A stretch of 64,000 nt of DNA, from the NCBI GenBank assembly GCA_963743915.1, contig CAVURN010000001.1, positions 448,001-512,000 on the forward strand. Direction: 5' to 3'. Below are positions 32,778-41,516 of this stretch, piece after piece. The first letter of the stretch is position 1, and each line of letters begins with the position of its first letter. The translations under genes and the position numbers were made by a program. Source of the stretch: an uncultured Actinomycetota bacterium. Lineage in GTDB: Bacteria; Actinomycetota; Actinomycetes; JAHEKZ01. The notes beneath the pieces were generated by a model, which made no database searches, had not been told where the DNA came from, and saw nothing but the letters and a program-made list of their open reading frames with translations.

Positions 32778-33361
32778 GAGCCCTGGCTCTCGGGCCGCCG
32801 GGCGGTCCTCGCGCGCCACTCCCGGTCGAGGACGGCGAACAGGAACTCGCTGCCCCAGGCGCCCTTGAAGAAGATGTTCTCGATGAAGTGTCCCTCGCGA
32901 CGCATCCCCATCCGCTCGAGCAGGGCCGCCGCCGGGGCGTTGAGTGCGTCGGTGACGGCGACGACGCGGTGCAGGCCGAACGCGTCGAAGGCGTGGTCGA
33001 GGAGCCCCTCCAGCGCCTCGGTGGCGTAGCCCTGGCCTTGGTGAGCCGGCGCAAGCGTGAAACCCACCTCGGCCTGCCGTGGCTCGTCGGCGTCGACCTT
33101 CAACGCAAGGTCCCCCACGAGTCCACCCCCCAACCGCCTCTCGAGCGCGAACTGGAACCACTCGCCGGGCACCCCCGGCGTGGCTCCGCGCAGGGATGCG
33201 ACGAAGTCGTGACCGCGCTCGAGCGTGAAGTCGCTCCAGCTCTGGTAGCGGGCGACGTCGGGGTCCGCGCGGTAGGCGACGAACGCCTCCACGTCAGCGG
33301 TGACGAATGAACGCGCCAGGAGCCGGCGGGTCTCGAAGTAGGTCGTGGGTTCGTCCGTCAT
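32774..33361 (-). CDS. RimJ/RimL-type GNAT N-acetyltransferase
   Basis: ETRRL, YRADPDVARYQSW, EVGFTL...QGQGYATEA, LLERMGMRREG. Confidence 0.88.
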   Translation of the reverse strand: MTDEPTTYFETRRLLARSFVTADVEAFVAYRADPDVARYQSWSDFTLERGHDFVASLRGATPGVPGEWFQFALERRLGGGLVGDLALKVDADEPRQAEVGFTLAPAHQGQGYATEALEGLLDHAFDAFGLHRVVAVTDALNAPAAALLERMGMRREGHFIENIFFKGAWGSEFLFAVLDREWRARTARRPESQGS

Positions 33362-33371
33362 GGAGCCAACG

Positions 33372-33746
33372 CTAGGACCAGAGGAACCGGGCGAGGTACC
33401 AACCGGCGACGGCGGCAGCCAGGCCGACGACGAGGCTCGAGGCGATGTTGATCCCTGCTTCGACGAAGGAGCCGTCTTCGGCCAACCGGACGGTCTCGAA
33501 CCCGAACGTGCTGTAGGTCGTGAAGCCGCCGCAGAAGCCGGTCCCCGCGAGGGCGACGAGCTCGGGTGATCCGGGACCGAAGGCTGCCGCGCCGAGGACG
33601 ACGCCGAGCAGCAGCGAGCCGGTCACGTTGATGGTCCAGGTCCCCAGGGGGAAGGCGCTCTCCCGTCGCGTCTGGATGGCCTGGTCGAGCAGCCACCGGC
33701 TGGGGGCCCCGACCGCCGCCCCCAGCATCACGAGGACCAGGGTCAA
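33372..33746 (-). CDS. crcB: Fluoride efflux channel FluC
   Basis: [30 protein letters not shown]. Confidence 0.92.
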   Translation of the reverse strand: MTLVLVMLGAAVGAPSRWLLDQAIQTRRESAFPLGTWTINVTGSLLLGVVLGAAAFGPGSPELVALAGTGFCGGFTTYSTFGFETVRLAEDGSFVEAGINIASSLVVGLAAAVAGWYLARFLWS

Positions 33747-34090
33747 GCGCCCGACTCCGTACGTCCGACGTACTTGATGACATTGACCGGGTCCAAGATG
33801 ACCAGTCCCTCCTGGATCAGCTCGTCCAGCTGAGGAAGGAAGGCTTCGATGCGGTCCGCAGCGTCGATGATGATGATGGCGACGGGAAGGTCCGAGCTCA
33901 GGCTGAGGATCCGCGTGGTGTGGACGCGAGACGATGCCCCGAACCCTTCGATGCCGCGCATGACGCTGGCACCGGCCAACCCGGCCTGGTGAGCGCGGTG
34001 CACGATCTCGGTGTACAGGGGGTGATGGTGCCACTGGTCCGTCTCGCCGATGAAGATGGTGAGCCGCATCGACTGGCCTTGGAGCTTCAC
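33743..34090 (-). CDS. DUF190 (PII-like) protein
   Basis: [31 protein letters not shown]. Confidence 0.9.
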   Translation of the reverse strand: MKLQGQSMRLTIFIGETDQWHHHPLYTEIVHRAHQAGLAGASVMRGIEGFGASSRVHTTRILSLSSDLPVAIIIIDAADRIEAFLPQLDELIQEGLVILDPVNVIKYVGRTESGA

Positions 34091-34100
34091 AGTTCCTCCG

Positions 34101-34604
34101 TCATCTCGTGCGTGGGGTGATCCCGGCGGCGGTTCGGGCCAGGGCGATCCCAGTCCAGCTGGCTGCCAGAGCCACGATCAGGGTGCCGAACAGGTATCCG
34201 AGGGCGAGGAGTCCTTGGTCCTCCCTGAGGAGGGCATGGGTCTCAGCGGCGTAGGCGGAGAACGTGGTGAACCCACCGAGGACACCGATCCCGAGGAACG
34301 GGCGTGCGTATCGGCTGGGACGCCACACGTCCAGCAGGTACACCATCAGCGCACCCAGGATCAGACAGCCGGTCACGTTCTCGACGAACGTCGCCCAGGG
34401 AAAGCCTCCGGTGACCGGTGGCCACACCTCGTTGAGTGCCCACCGCGCCGCGCCGCCGATGGCTCCTCCGGCGCCGATGACCAGGGCCACGTCCCACCGA
34501 CGGTGCCGAGCGACCGCACCCGTGGCCCTGTGGAGGACATCAGGTCCGTCGGTCAGGTCGGGATCGATCGGCAGCGGGTCGTGCCTCTCCGCGTCGTCGG
34601 TCAC
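34101..34604 (-). CDS. crcB: Fluoride efflux channel FluC (second subunit)
   Basis: [27 protein letters not shown]. Confidence 0.92.
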   Translation of the reverse strand: MTDDAERHDPLPIDPDLTDGPDVLHRATGAVARHRRWDVALVIGAGGAIGGAARWALNEVWPPVTGGFPWATFVENVTGCLILGALMVYLLDVWRPSRYARPFLGIGVLGGFTTFSAYAAETHALLREDQGLLALGYLFGTLIVALAASWTGIALARTAAGITPRTR

Positions 34605-34670
34605 TTCGCGAGCCTATCCATCGGACGCGCGGCCGCCGGCGCCGTCGGCCGCTGCCCGCACTTGGGACAG

Positions 34671-34691
34671 ATAACCCCAGGGGGGTATAGT
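34671..34691 (+). promoter_or_regulatory. CsoR operator overlapping the -10 element
   Basis: ATAACCCCAGGGGGGTAT (C-tract/G-tract pseudo-palindrome) overlapping TATAGT, upstream of csoR. Confidence 0.8.
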
Positions 34692-34720
34692 ACAGCTCAG
34701 GCTCCGGAAGGACGAGGACC

Positions 34721-35020
34721 ATGGCCACCCAGACCGCTCCGCACGGCTACATCCACAAGAAGGACGAGTACCTCGCACGTCTGCGCCGCATCGAGGGGCA
34801 GGCCCGCGGGCTGCAGCGCATGGTGGAGGAGGAGAAGTACTGCATCGACATCCTCACCCAGGTGTCGGCGATCACCAAGGCTCTGCAGTCGGTCAGCCTC
34901 GGGCTGCTCGAGGAGCACATCGAGCACTGCGTGGTCGACGCCGCACGGTCCGGTGGTCCGGATGCTCAGCAGAAGCTGGATGAGGTCAACGCCGCCATCG
35001 CGCGGCTCGTGCGTTCCTGA
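34721..35020 (+). CDS. csoR: Copper-sensing repressor, CsoR family
   Basis: RLRRIEGQARGLQRMV...YCIDILTQ...LLEEHIEHCV (C-H-C ligands). Confidence 0.93.
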   Translation: MATQTAPHGYIHKKDEYLARLRRIEGQARGLQRMVEEEKYCIDILTQVSAITKALQSVSLGLLEEHIEHCVVDAARSGGPDAQQKLDEVNAAIARLVRS

Positions 35021-35041
35021 CGCAGGACCTACAGTGTGGAC

Positions 35042-35215
35042 ATGGTCCCCTACCTGATCGGCGCCCTCGTCACCGCCTTCCTGGTCTTCCTGGTGGTCGG
35101 TGCGCTGACCGGTCGGGTGAAGGCGCAGAGCTGCTGCAGCCTCACGAGTGACCCCGACACCGACCTCCGCATGCGCGGATCGGAATCGCCGTCGGAGGGC
35201 GACCTGCTCAGGTGA
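35042..35215 (+). CDS. Small single-TM protein with Cys-Cys motif (57 aa)
   Basis: Manual translation MVPYLIGALVTAFLVFLVVGALTGRVKAQSCCSLTSDPDTDLRMRG...; GC-rich third positions; below the ORF-track cutoff. Confidence 0.65.
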   Translation: MVPYLIGALVTAFLVFLVVGALTGRVKAQSCCSLTSDPDTDLRMRGSESPSEGDLLR

Positions 35216-36095
35216 TCGATGCGGCGTAGATGCTGGCGATCGTGGCATCCAGCATCTTGTTGAACTCGTCGTCGCTCTGCTGCGCCGACAGTCCCTCGGT
35301 CAGTGCTCGCGAGAAGCTTGCGACGACGCCGTGGTTGCGCGCGAGCCGCGCGTTGGCGTCCTCGCGGCTGTAGCCGCCGGAGAGGGCGACCACGCGCAGC
35401 ACCTTGGCGTGCTCCACCAGCTCGGAGTAGAACCCGTCTGCCTCCGGCAGCGTGAGTTTCAGCATGATCTGCTGTTCGTCCGGCAGCGACCCGAGCTCGG
35501 AGAGGATCCCGGCCTTGAGCAACGCCTCGGCCTCCGCCTTCTCCGGGCTCTTGATGTCGACCTCTGGCTCGATGATCGGGATGAGTCCGGCGTCGAGGAT
35601 GCGGCGCCCCACCTCGAACTGCTGGCTGACGACCGCGTCGACACCAGCACTGTTGGCCAGCTTGATGACCGAGCGCATCTTGGTCCCGAACACCTGGTGC
35701 GTCTTGGCCCTGTCGAGCAGCGCGTCGAGGTCGGGCATGGGCTTCATGACCTGGGCGCCGTCGGCTTCGTCCGCCAGCCCCTTGTCCACCTTGAGGAAGG
35801 GGACGACGCCCTTGTCCTGCCAGAGATACTCTGCCGACCCCTTGCCCTCGATCTGGCGGTCCATCGTCATCTCGAAGAGGATGGCGCCGATGATCCGGTC
35901 ACCGTTGAAGGCAGGGCTGGTGACGATGCGCGAACGCATCTCGTGGATCCGGTCGAACATCTCCTGCTCGCCCGAGTAGGTGTCCTCGTCGAGGCCGTAC
36001 AGCTTCAGCGCCTTGGGCGTGCTGCCGCCGCTCTGGTCGAGGGCCGCGATGAAGCCATTGCCACTCCGGATCTTGGAGCGCATGTCGTCGGTCAC
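35208..36095 (-). CDS. fda: Fructose-bisphosphate aldolase class I
   Basis: GFIAALDQSGGSTPKAL, ILFEMTM, FLKVDKGL, GTKMRSVI, PIIEPEV, VALSGGY, ASFSRAL. Confidence 0.93.
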   Translation of the reverse strand: MTDDMRSKIRSGNGFIAALDQSGGSTPKALKLYGLDEDTYSGEQEMFDRIHEMRSRIVTSPAFNGDRIIGAILFEMTMDRQIEGKGSAEYLWQDKGVVPFLKVDKGLADEADGAQVMKPMPDLDALLDRAKTHQVFGTKMRSVIKLANSAGVDAVVSQQFEVGRRILDAGLIPIIEPEVDIKSPEKAEAEALLKAGILSELGSLPDEQQIMLKLTLPEADGFYSELVEHAKVLRVVALSGGYSREDANARLARNHGVVASFSRALTEGLSAQQSDDEFNKMLDATIASIYAASIT

Positions 36096-36242
36096 GAGGG
36101 ATCCCTTCTCCTGGAGCGGACGTCCGCTGCCGCTGCCTTCCCCCATTCTGGTCGACCGCCAGGGGGGCGACGCAACCGGTCGCGCGGGGCTGGTGGGTGT
36201 GGGAGCGTGTTCCGCTGAGGACGAGATGATCCGGAGGATCCC

Positions 36243-36737
36243 GTGAACCAGGCATTCCGCAAACACCTCACTGCCGGCGAGGTGGACCTGATCGAGGCCA
36301 CCAAGCCGGAGAACCTCCGGACTCTGGACGAGGACGACCTCGGGGACCTGCACGACCGGGTCCGGCGGGCCAGCCGGAAGTACCGCACGCTGCACCGTCG
36401 ACAGGCGAGCGCGCAGGTCTCTGCGGACCGGTCGCGCGGCAAGGCGTCCGCGAAGAACCAGCGGTCCGCGGTCAAGGCCGAGGTCTTCGAGGACGCACTG
36501 GCTCGCGTGAGTCGCGCGCTCGCAAAGGTCGCCAAGGAGACGTCGGCCGAGCTGAAGGCGGAGCGGTTGGCGGCGGCACGGGGTGACAGCACCGGCCCGG
36601 TGGCGTCGTCGACATCGGACCAGACAACCTCTGGCGGACGCCGGCCGGCGAAGCGCAAGACCCCCGTCTCCCGCAAGAAGACCGCGTCCACCCGGGCCAA
36701 GGGCGCACGGCGACAGGCCCGTCGGGACGCCCGCTAG
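36243..36737 (+). CDS. Basic Lys/Arg-rich hypothetical protein
   Basis: Codon usage typical of the window; LH.RVRRA..KY...RRQ, KAEVFEDALARVS, C-terminal RRQARRD. Confidence 0.72.
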   Translation: MNQAFRKHLTAGEVDLIEATKPENLRTLDEDDLGDLHDRVRRASRKYRTLHRRQASAQVSADRSRGKASAKNQRSAVKAEVFEDALARVSRALAKVAKETSAELKAERLAAARGDSTGPVASSTSDQTTSGGRRPAKRKTPVSRKKTASTRAKGARRQARRDAR

Positions 36738-38041
36738 GCCCCTGCGTCCTCCGCGGACTCCGCAGCGCGGCGGGCCCGCACCTCTCGCTCCCGCACGGCA
36801 TTGGGGTCGGTGCGCTGGTCGAACCGCCACAGGGACGGCAGCGCCACCGCCAGCAGCCCGCAGGCGGCGACGCAGGCCACCCCTCCGCTCACGATCGAGA
36901 AGCGCAGGGACGTCAGTGCGGCCACGCCGGAGGCGCGCACCTGGCCGAGGGTGGGGCCGACGGAGTAGCTGAGCAGCTCGACCCCGGCCATGCGTCCGCG
37001 CACCTCGTCGGGGATCGTCTGGTTCCACATGGCCGTACGGAAGATGCCCGACACCATGTCGCCGGCACCCGCGACCATGAGCCAGAGCAGTGCCCACCAG
37101 ATGCTGTCCGCCAGCCCAAAGGCCGCTATGCCGGCTCCCCAGACCGCGGCCGCCAGCAGGATCGCCCGCCCCTGCTTGTGGATGTGGTTGGTCCACCCGC
37201 TGGTCAAGGTGGCGATCAACGACCCCACGAAGGGAGCGGTGTACAGGAGCCCGAGCGCCCACTCCGCGTCGAGGTCCTCGGCAACGAAGGGAAAGAGCGC
37301 CATCGGAAAGGCGAGCAGCATCGCTGCGGTGTCGACGAGATAGGTCCCGAGCAGGTCCTTGCGACTCCACGCGTAGCGGAGGCCCTCGCCGATGTGACGC
37401 AGACCCACCTCGGCAGCCTCGTTGATCGTGGGCACCGGGGCGAGCTTCCACAGCAGGACCAGGCTGATCGCGTAGGTCGAGACGTCGACCGCGTAGGCGA
37501 GCGACGCGTCGTAGCTGGCCACCAGGATGCCGCCCAGAGCGGGACCAGCGAGTGACGCGACCTGCCACCGGAGGGCCGACAAGGCACTGGCGGCGGTCAG
37601 CTGGTCATGGGGGACGACCCGTGGCGTGATGGCGTCCAACGATGGGCGCTGGAGGGAGTCGAAGGTCGCGAACAGGGCCGCCACCAGGTAGATGAGCCAC
37701 AGCTGCGGTTCGGGGAAGAGCGCATTCACCAGCAGCAAGGTCGAGCACACCATCAGCGCCAGCTCGGTGACGAGCACCATGAGCCGGCGGTCCACGGCGT
37801 CCGACAGCGACCCGCCCCACAACCCGAAGACGATGAGAGGGACGAGCTCGCAGGCGCCAAGCAGACCAACTGCTACATACGAGTCGGTCAGGTCCTTCAC
37901 CTGGAACGGCAGCGCCACGTAGGTGATGAAGCTGCCGAGGCTGGTGATGACGCCCGAGCCCATGATGAGGCGGAACTCACGCGACGTGCGCAGCGGTGTG
38001 ATGTCGACATGCAGGCGCCGAAGCCGCTCACTCCACGCCAT
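36734..38041 (-). CDS. MFS transporter (EntS-like, MFS_3)
   Basis: DITPLR..REFR, GGSLSDAVDRR, DMVSGIFR..MWNQTIPD..RGR; many TM segments. Confidence 0.88.
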   Translation of the reverse strand: MAWSERLRRLHVDITPLRTSREFRLIMGSGVITSLGSFITYVALPFQVKDLTDSYVAVGLLGACELVPLIVFGLWGGSLSDAVDRRLMVLVTELALMVCSTLLLVNALFPEPQLWLIYLVAALFATFDSLQRPSLDAITPRVVPHDQLTAASALSALRWQVASLAGPALGGILVASYDASLAYAVDVSTYAISLVLLWKLAPVPTINEAAEVGLRHIGEGLRYAWSRKDLLGTYLVDTAAMLLAFPMALFPFVAEDLDAEWALGLLYTAPFVGSLIATLTSGWTNHIHKQGRAILLAAAVWGAGIAAFGLADSIWWALLWLMVAGAGDMVSGIFRTAMWNQTIPDEVRGRMAGVELLSYSVGPTLGQVRASGVAALTSLRFSIVSGGVACVAACGLLAVALPSLWRFDQRTDPNAVREREVRARRAAESAEDAGA

Positions 38042-38051
38042 GCGGCAGAGA

Positions 38052-38885
38052 ATGGCCGGAGCGGTCGAGCAGGGTCAACCGATTTCGGGGTCCACGAGGG
38101 GGAGGTCGAGAGCAGAGTCGAGCCGGAGGAGGCTGGCGTGCGACATCCGTCGCTGCGTCGCTGAGCCGCGCTGCTGGAGGAGCGCTTGGTGGCCGTGTAT
38201 CTGCATGGGTCGGCGGTGCTCGGTGGGTTCCGATGGGATCGGAGCGACTTCGATGTGCTTGCCGTGCTGGAGGGGAGCCTGTCCGACGCCGAGGTCGAGG
38301 GGATCGTCGCAGGGCTGGCCGGCCTTCTTGGTACCCGGGCAACGGTCTCGAGATGAGCATCCTCACCCTTGCGAGGCGCGTGACCCACACCTTCCGGAAC
38401 CGTTCTTCCAGCTGCACGTGGGAACGGAGGGCTGGGACCGCGGCTCAAGGTCGGTCGACGGACGCGCCCGCGACGGTGACCCCGACCTCGTCCTGCACCT
38501 GCTTGTCTGTCTGGCTGCCGGCGACGCGGTGATCGGCCAAGCTGCCGCCGCGGTGCTGGCAGCTCCGTCTGTCGACGCGGTGCGTGGCGCGGTGCTGGAG
38601 GAAATCAGATGGTCACTCGCCCACGATCCACCCCCGGAGTACGTGGCGCTGACGGCGGCCCGGGCTTGGTGCTACTTGACCACCGGCCGCGTGACGTCGA
38701 AGGGCGAAGCGGGTCGGTGGGCGATGGACCAGGTGGCACCGAGAAGCGACGCCGCTGCCGTGCTTGCGGCGGCCGTGGCGCGGCAGGCAGGGGCGCAGAG
38801 GGGTCCCACGCGCGAGCAGGCACAGGTCTTTGCGCGTGACGTGCTCGAACTGCTGGACGACGAGGGCGCCCTCGGCGAGCCCTAG
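38052..38885 (+). CDS. Nucleotidyltransferase, aminoglycoside adenylyltransferase (DUF4111)-like, frameshifted
   Basis: An alternate frame at ~38175-38330 reads VAVYLHGSAVLGGF...SDFDVLAV, then GLEMSI; C-terminal YVALTAARAW...VTSKGEAGRWA. At least two indels; start uncertain. Confidence 0.7.
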   Translation: MAGAVEQGQPISGSTRGRSRAESSRRRLACDIRRCVAEPRCWRSAWWPCICMGRRCSVGSDGIGATSMCLPCWRGACPTPRSRGSSQGWPAFLVPGQRSRDEHPHPCEARDPHLPEPFFQLHVGTEGWDRGSRSVDGRARDGDPDLVLHLLVCLAAGDAVIGQAAAAVLAAPSVDAVRGAVLEEIRWSLAHDPPPEYVALTAARAWCYLTTGRVTSKGEAGRWAMDQVAPRSDAAAVLAAAVARQAGAQRGPTREQAQVFARDVLELLDDEGALGEP

Positions 38886-38905
38886 ATCTCAGGCGGTAGC
38901 GCCCA

Positions 38906-40300
38906 CTACGGGCCGGGCCCACCCCGATGGTGTCTCGGTCCTGCGGGGGTTCGCTCGCGGTGCTCCCAGTCCATCGGCGGCACTATGTGCTGCCAGGGCT
39001 CGGTCCGGAACTGCCGTCCGGTGGGTGTTGTCCAGACCATGCAGCCGTCCAGCTGCATCTCTGTCTGCCAGCCGGGGGTGTGCTTGAGCCGGTGATGGCG
39101 GCGGCACAGGACGGCAAGATTGGCCGCCGTGGTGCGACCCTCGGGCCACGGGATGGAGTGATCAAGGTCTGTGCCAGAGGCGGCGCCGACAGCGCTTCGT
39201 CGACAACCGGGGAAGCGACACGTCATGTCGCGTGCCCGGACCGCTCGGTCGAGCGGTGTTGAGGGCCGGTACTGCGACTCTGCGACGTCGGTGAGGACGC
39301 CGCTGTCTGGGTCGCAGGTGAGTCGTCGCCAGCTCGAAGGGGGCAACCAACCCAAGAGCGGGCCGCATGCGGTGGGGACCTCCCCGGGGCTGTCCGGGCT
39401 CAGCAGGCCGCGCAAGGTTCCTGCAGTGACCGGTCCAACTCCCGACACCCATCCCGGCTCGTCCGACTCACCGGCAAGGACGTCTGCGGGGACCACGACC
39501 TGTACCGACACCTGCATCGGGGGAGCGCGTCCGACCAGCAGGTCGAACAGGGCATCGCTTCGGCGCTGATCCATTGTGCGGAGGTCTCCGGGCACCGACT
39601 CGTGCGCGACGGCGTTGACGGTGTCGAACACGTGCCGTGCCTGGATCGCCGGCATCAGGGCGGTCAGCTCGGCGACACCGTCGCCGAGCGGCGTGAAGGT
39701 CACGCGCCGGTCAGCGACCGCCTTCACTCGGCGACGCTCGGCCACCTCCGGCGCTGCTGCGATCACGCGACGCGACAACCATGCCCGCAGCTGCGTGACG
39801 GTGTGGGCGGTGCCGTACTCGACAGCGGCGGTCACCAGCGGCTCGATGGCGAGCATGCCGACCGTGTCCGGCTCGCACAACGGCGCCACACCACCAGCGA
39901 TTTCGCTGACCTTTCGGGCATCGAGGCGTCCCTGTTGCCAGGCATCGGCCAGCAAAGGGTGAGCAGACGCATCCAGCGCCGTGGCGACGCGACGGGTCGC
40001 CGCCACGCGCGTGCTTGCCAGCAACACCCCTACCTCGTCAGCGACGAACTCCACCAGACGGCTCTCGTGTTGCGGTGCAGGCAACGACTGTGCGGCGCGC
40101 GCTGCGTCAAGTCGGTGATCCTCGGCCTCTGCCGCACGCACCATCGCCACCATCACCTGCGCCTGCATGGCCTGGACGCTGTTGCCCATGGCCTCGAGCC
40201 GGATGAGGGCCTCACGCAGTCCGTCGTCAGTGCACTCCGACACGTCTCCGTGGATCAGCAGGCGTGCCTGCTCGATGCGCGAATGCAGGTCGATGGCCAC
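38906..40300 (-). CDS. DUF222 (13E12-repeat-like) HNH endonuclease, copy 1
   Basis: DQRRSDAL, VRARDMTCRFPGC, DLDHSIPW, NLAVLCRRHHRLKH, WTTPTG. Confidence 0.9.
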   Translation of the reverse strand: MAIDLHSRIEQARLLIHGDVSECTDDGLREALIRLEAMGNSVQAMQAQVMVAMVRAAEAEDHRLDAARAAQSLPAPQHESRLVEFVADEVGVLLASTRVAATRRVATALDASAHPLLADAWQQGRLDARKVSEIAGGVAPLCEPDTVGMLAIEPLVTAAVEYGTAHTVTQLRAWLSRRVIAAAPEVAERRRVKAVADRRVTFTPLGDGVAELTALMPAIQARHVFDTVNAVAHESVPGDLRTMDQRRSDALFDLLVGRAPPMQVSVQVVVPADVLAGESDEPGWVSGVGPVTAGTLRGLLSPDSPGEVPTACGPLLGWLPPSSWRRLTCDPDSGVLTDVAESQYRPSTPLDRAVRARDMTCRFPGCRRSAVGAASGTDLDHSIPWPEGRTTAANLAVLCRRHHRLKHTPGWQTEMQLDGCMVWTTPTGRQFRTEPWQHIVPPMDWEHRERTPAGPRHHRGGPGP

Positions 40301-40306
40301 GACTGC

Positions 40307-40328
40307 ACTGTGCCACCTGCCACTGACA
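40307..40328 (-). promoter_or_regulatory. PafBC/RecA-NDp-type promoter of DUF222-HNH copy 1
   Basis: Minus strand TTGTCAG-TGGCAGGTGG-CACAGT, 6 nt before GTG. Confidence 0.7.
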
Positions 40329-40339
40329 AGAGGGCCACG

Positions 40340-40365
40340 GGAATCTGGCGGCCGGAGACGGCGTT
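40340..40365 (+). promoter_or_regulatory. SigH/SigR-type promoter
   Basis: GGAAT-N18-GTT(G), 28 nt upstream of the ATG at 40394. Confidence 0.65.
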
Positions 40366-40393
40366 GTGCCGCGGTCGTCGACGAGAGGAAGAG

Positions 40394-41044
40394 ATGTCTG
40401 AAGATGCCCTCACCGCTGTCGAGGAGTTCGATCGTCAACTCGACCGGCTCGCGTCAGTTCTGCCGGTCGCGCTCGGAGTCGATCCCCACCACTTCACGCA
40501 GTCGCTCGCCCCGCTCAGGGCTGTAGCGGCGGAGGTGGCCCCACGTGGATCGTCGGGGGCGGGGTCGGCGTTCGTCCTCATCCCGGACGTTGCGGGCGTC
40601 GACTTCGACAGCCTGGTGCCGTTGCTGAGCCTCGAGGGATCCCGCCGGCCTGGGATCGTCGACCGCAACCACGGCCCCGAGGGACTGCGCCCTTACCGAC
40701 CCCTGCCCGAGCTGAGCGTCCCGGAGGCCGTTCCCTACCTGCTCGTCGACGTCGAGAGGGGTGAGGAGTTCTGTGACATCCGCCCCGGTGACGCGGTGGC
40801 GGAGATCGTCCGACGTGGACGCTCACCGCTCACCATCTCCGAAGGGATCGTGCTGCATCTCGTGCGTCCCGATCTGCTGCAGAAGAACCGGTGCTACATG
40901 CTCGCCGGCTCACGGCGCGGCGACCGCCGGGTGCCCGCACTATGGATCTCACAGGGAGCGCCCAAGCTGGGCTGGTGCTGGGAGGGCAATCCGCACTCCT
41001 GGCTCGGCACCGCGTCCGCCGCGGAGCGGCGGGGTGCGACGTGA
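40394..41044 (+). CDS. DUF5701 family protein
   Basis: EFDRQL..L, YLLVDVERG, GRSPLTISEG, GSRRGDRRVPALWIS, PKLGWCWEGNPHSWLG.ASA. Confidence 0.8.
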   Translation: MSEDALTAVEEFDRQLDRLASVLPVALGVDPHHFTQSLAPLRAVAAEVAPRGSSGAGSAFVLIPDVAGVDFDSLVPLLSLEGSRRPGIVDRNHGPEGLRPYRPLPELSVPEAVPYLLVDVERGEEFCDIRPGDAVAEIVRRGRSPLTISEGIVLHLVRPDLLQKNRCYMLAGSRRGDRRVPALWISQGAPKLGWCWEGNPHSWLGTASAAERRGAT

Positions 41045-41098
41045 CGGCGGGCCTGTGGATTTCGCATGTCGGAAGCGTCGGCCGGGCATGGTCACGGC

Positions 41099-41515
41099 AT
41101 GAACTTCATAGACCTTCCCGAGGGCTGGGACACAGAGCCGATTCACACCGACGACCGCGTCGCCGACATCCTCGACCTGCTGATCAGCGAACGCGATCGT
41201 CGCGCGGGTGCCGTGCTCGTCGTTCTCTGTGACGAGCGAGGGTACTTCGTCGTCGCCAACGTCGTGGAGGACCTCAGACCGCCCATGGAGGCCGAGGCCA
41301 AGCGACACCTCGTCGGGGTCTTCGCGGCCGCGACCGAGCAGCTGGAGCAACGGGCGGGCCTCATGGTGGCGATCGCCCGTGCCGACGGGCTGAGCCTGAC
41401 CCAGGACGATCGCGAGTGGGGACCGGTGGTTCGTGACGTCTGCGACGCTGCCGACATCGAGCTGCTCGGGGTGCACCTGGTGACACTGCACGGCACACGC
41501 CGGATCGCTGCGTGA
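41099..41515 (+). CDS. Hypothetical protein
   Basis: MNF.DLP.GW...ADILDLLISERDR..GA...LCD...D.EW...IELLGVHLVT; codon usage typical of the window. Confidence 0.7.
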   Translation: MNFIDLPEGWDTEPIHTDDRVADILDLLISERDRRAGAVLVVLCDERGYFVVANVVEDLRPPMEAEAKRHLVGVFAAATEQLEQRAGLMVAIARADGLSLTQDDREWGPVVRDVCDAADIELLGVHLVTLHGTRRIAA

Positions 41516-41516
41516 G

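Noticed and set aside
41054-41098. Fifth PafBC-type promoter (TGTCGG...CATGGT) before the 41099 ORF
   Set aside because: The spacer is 14 nt rather than 10.
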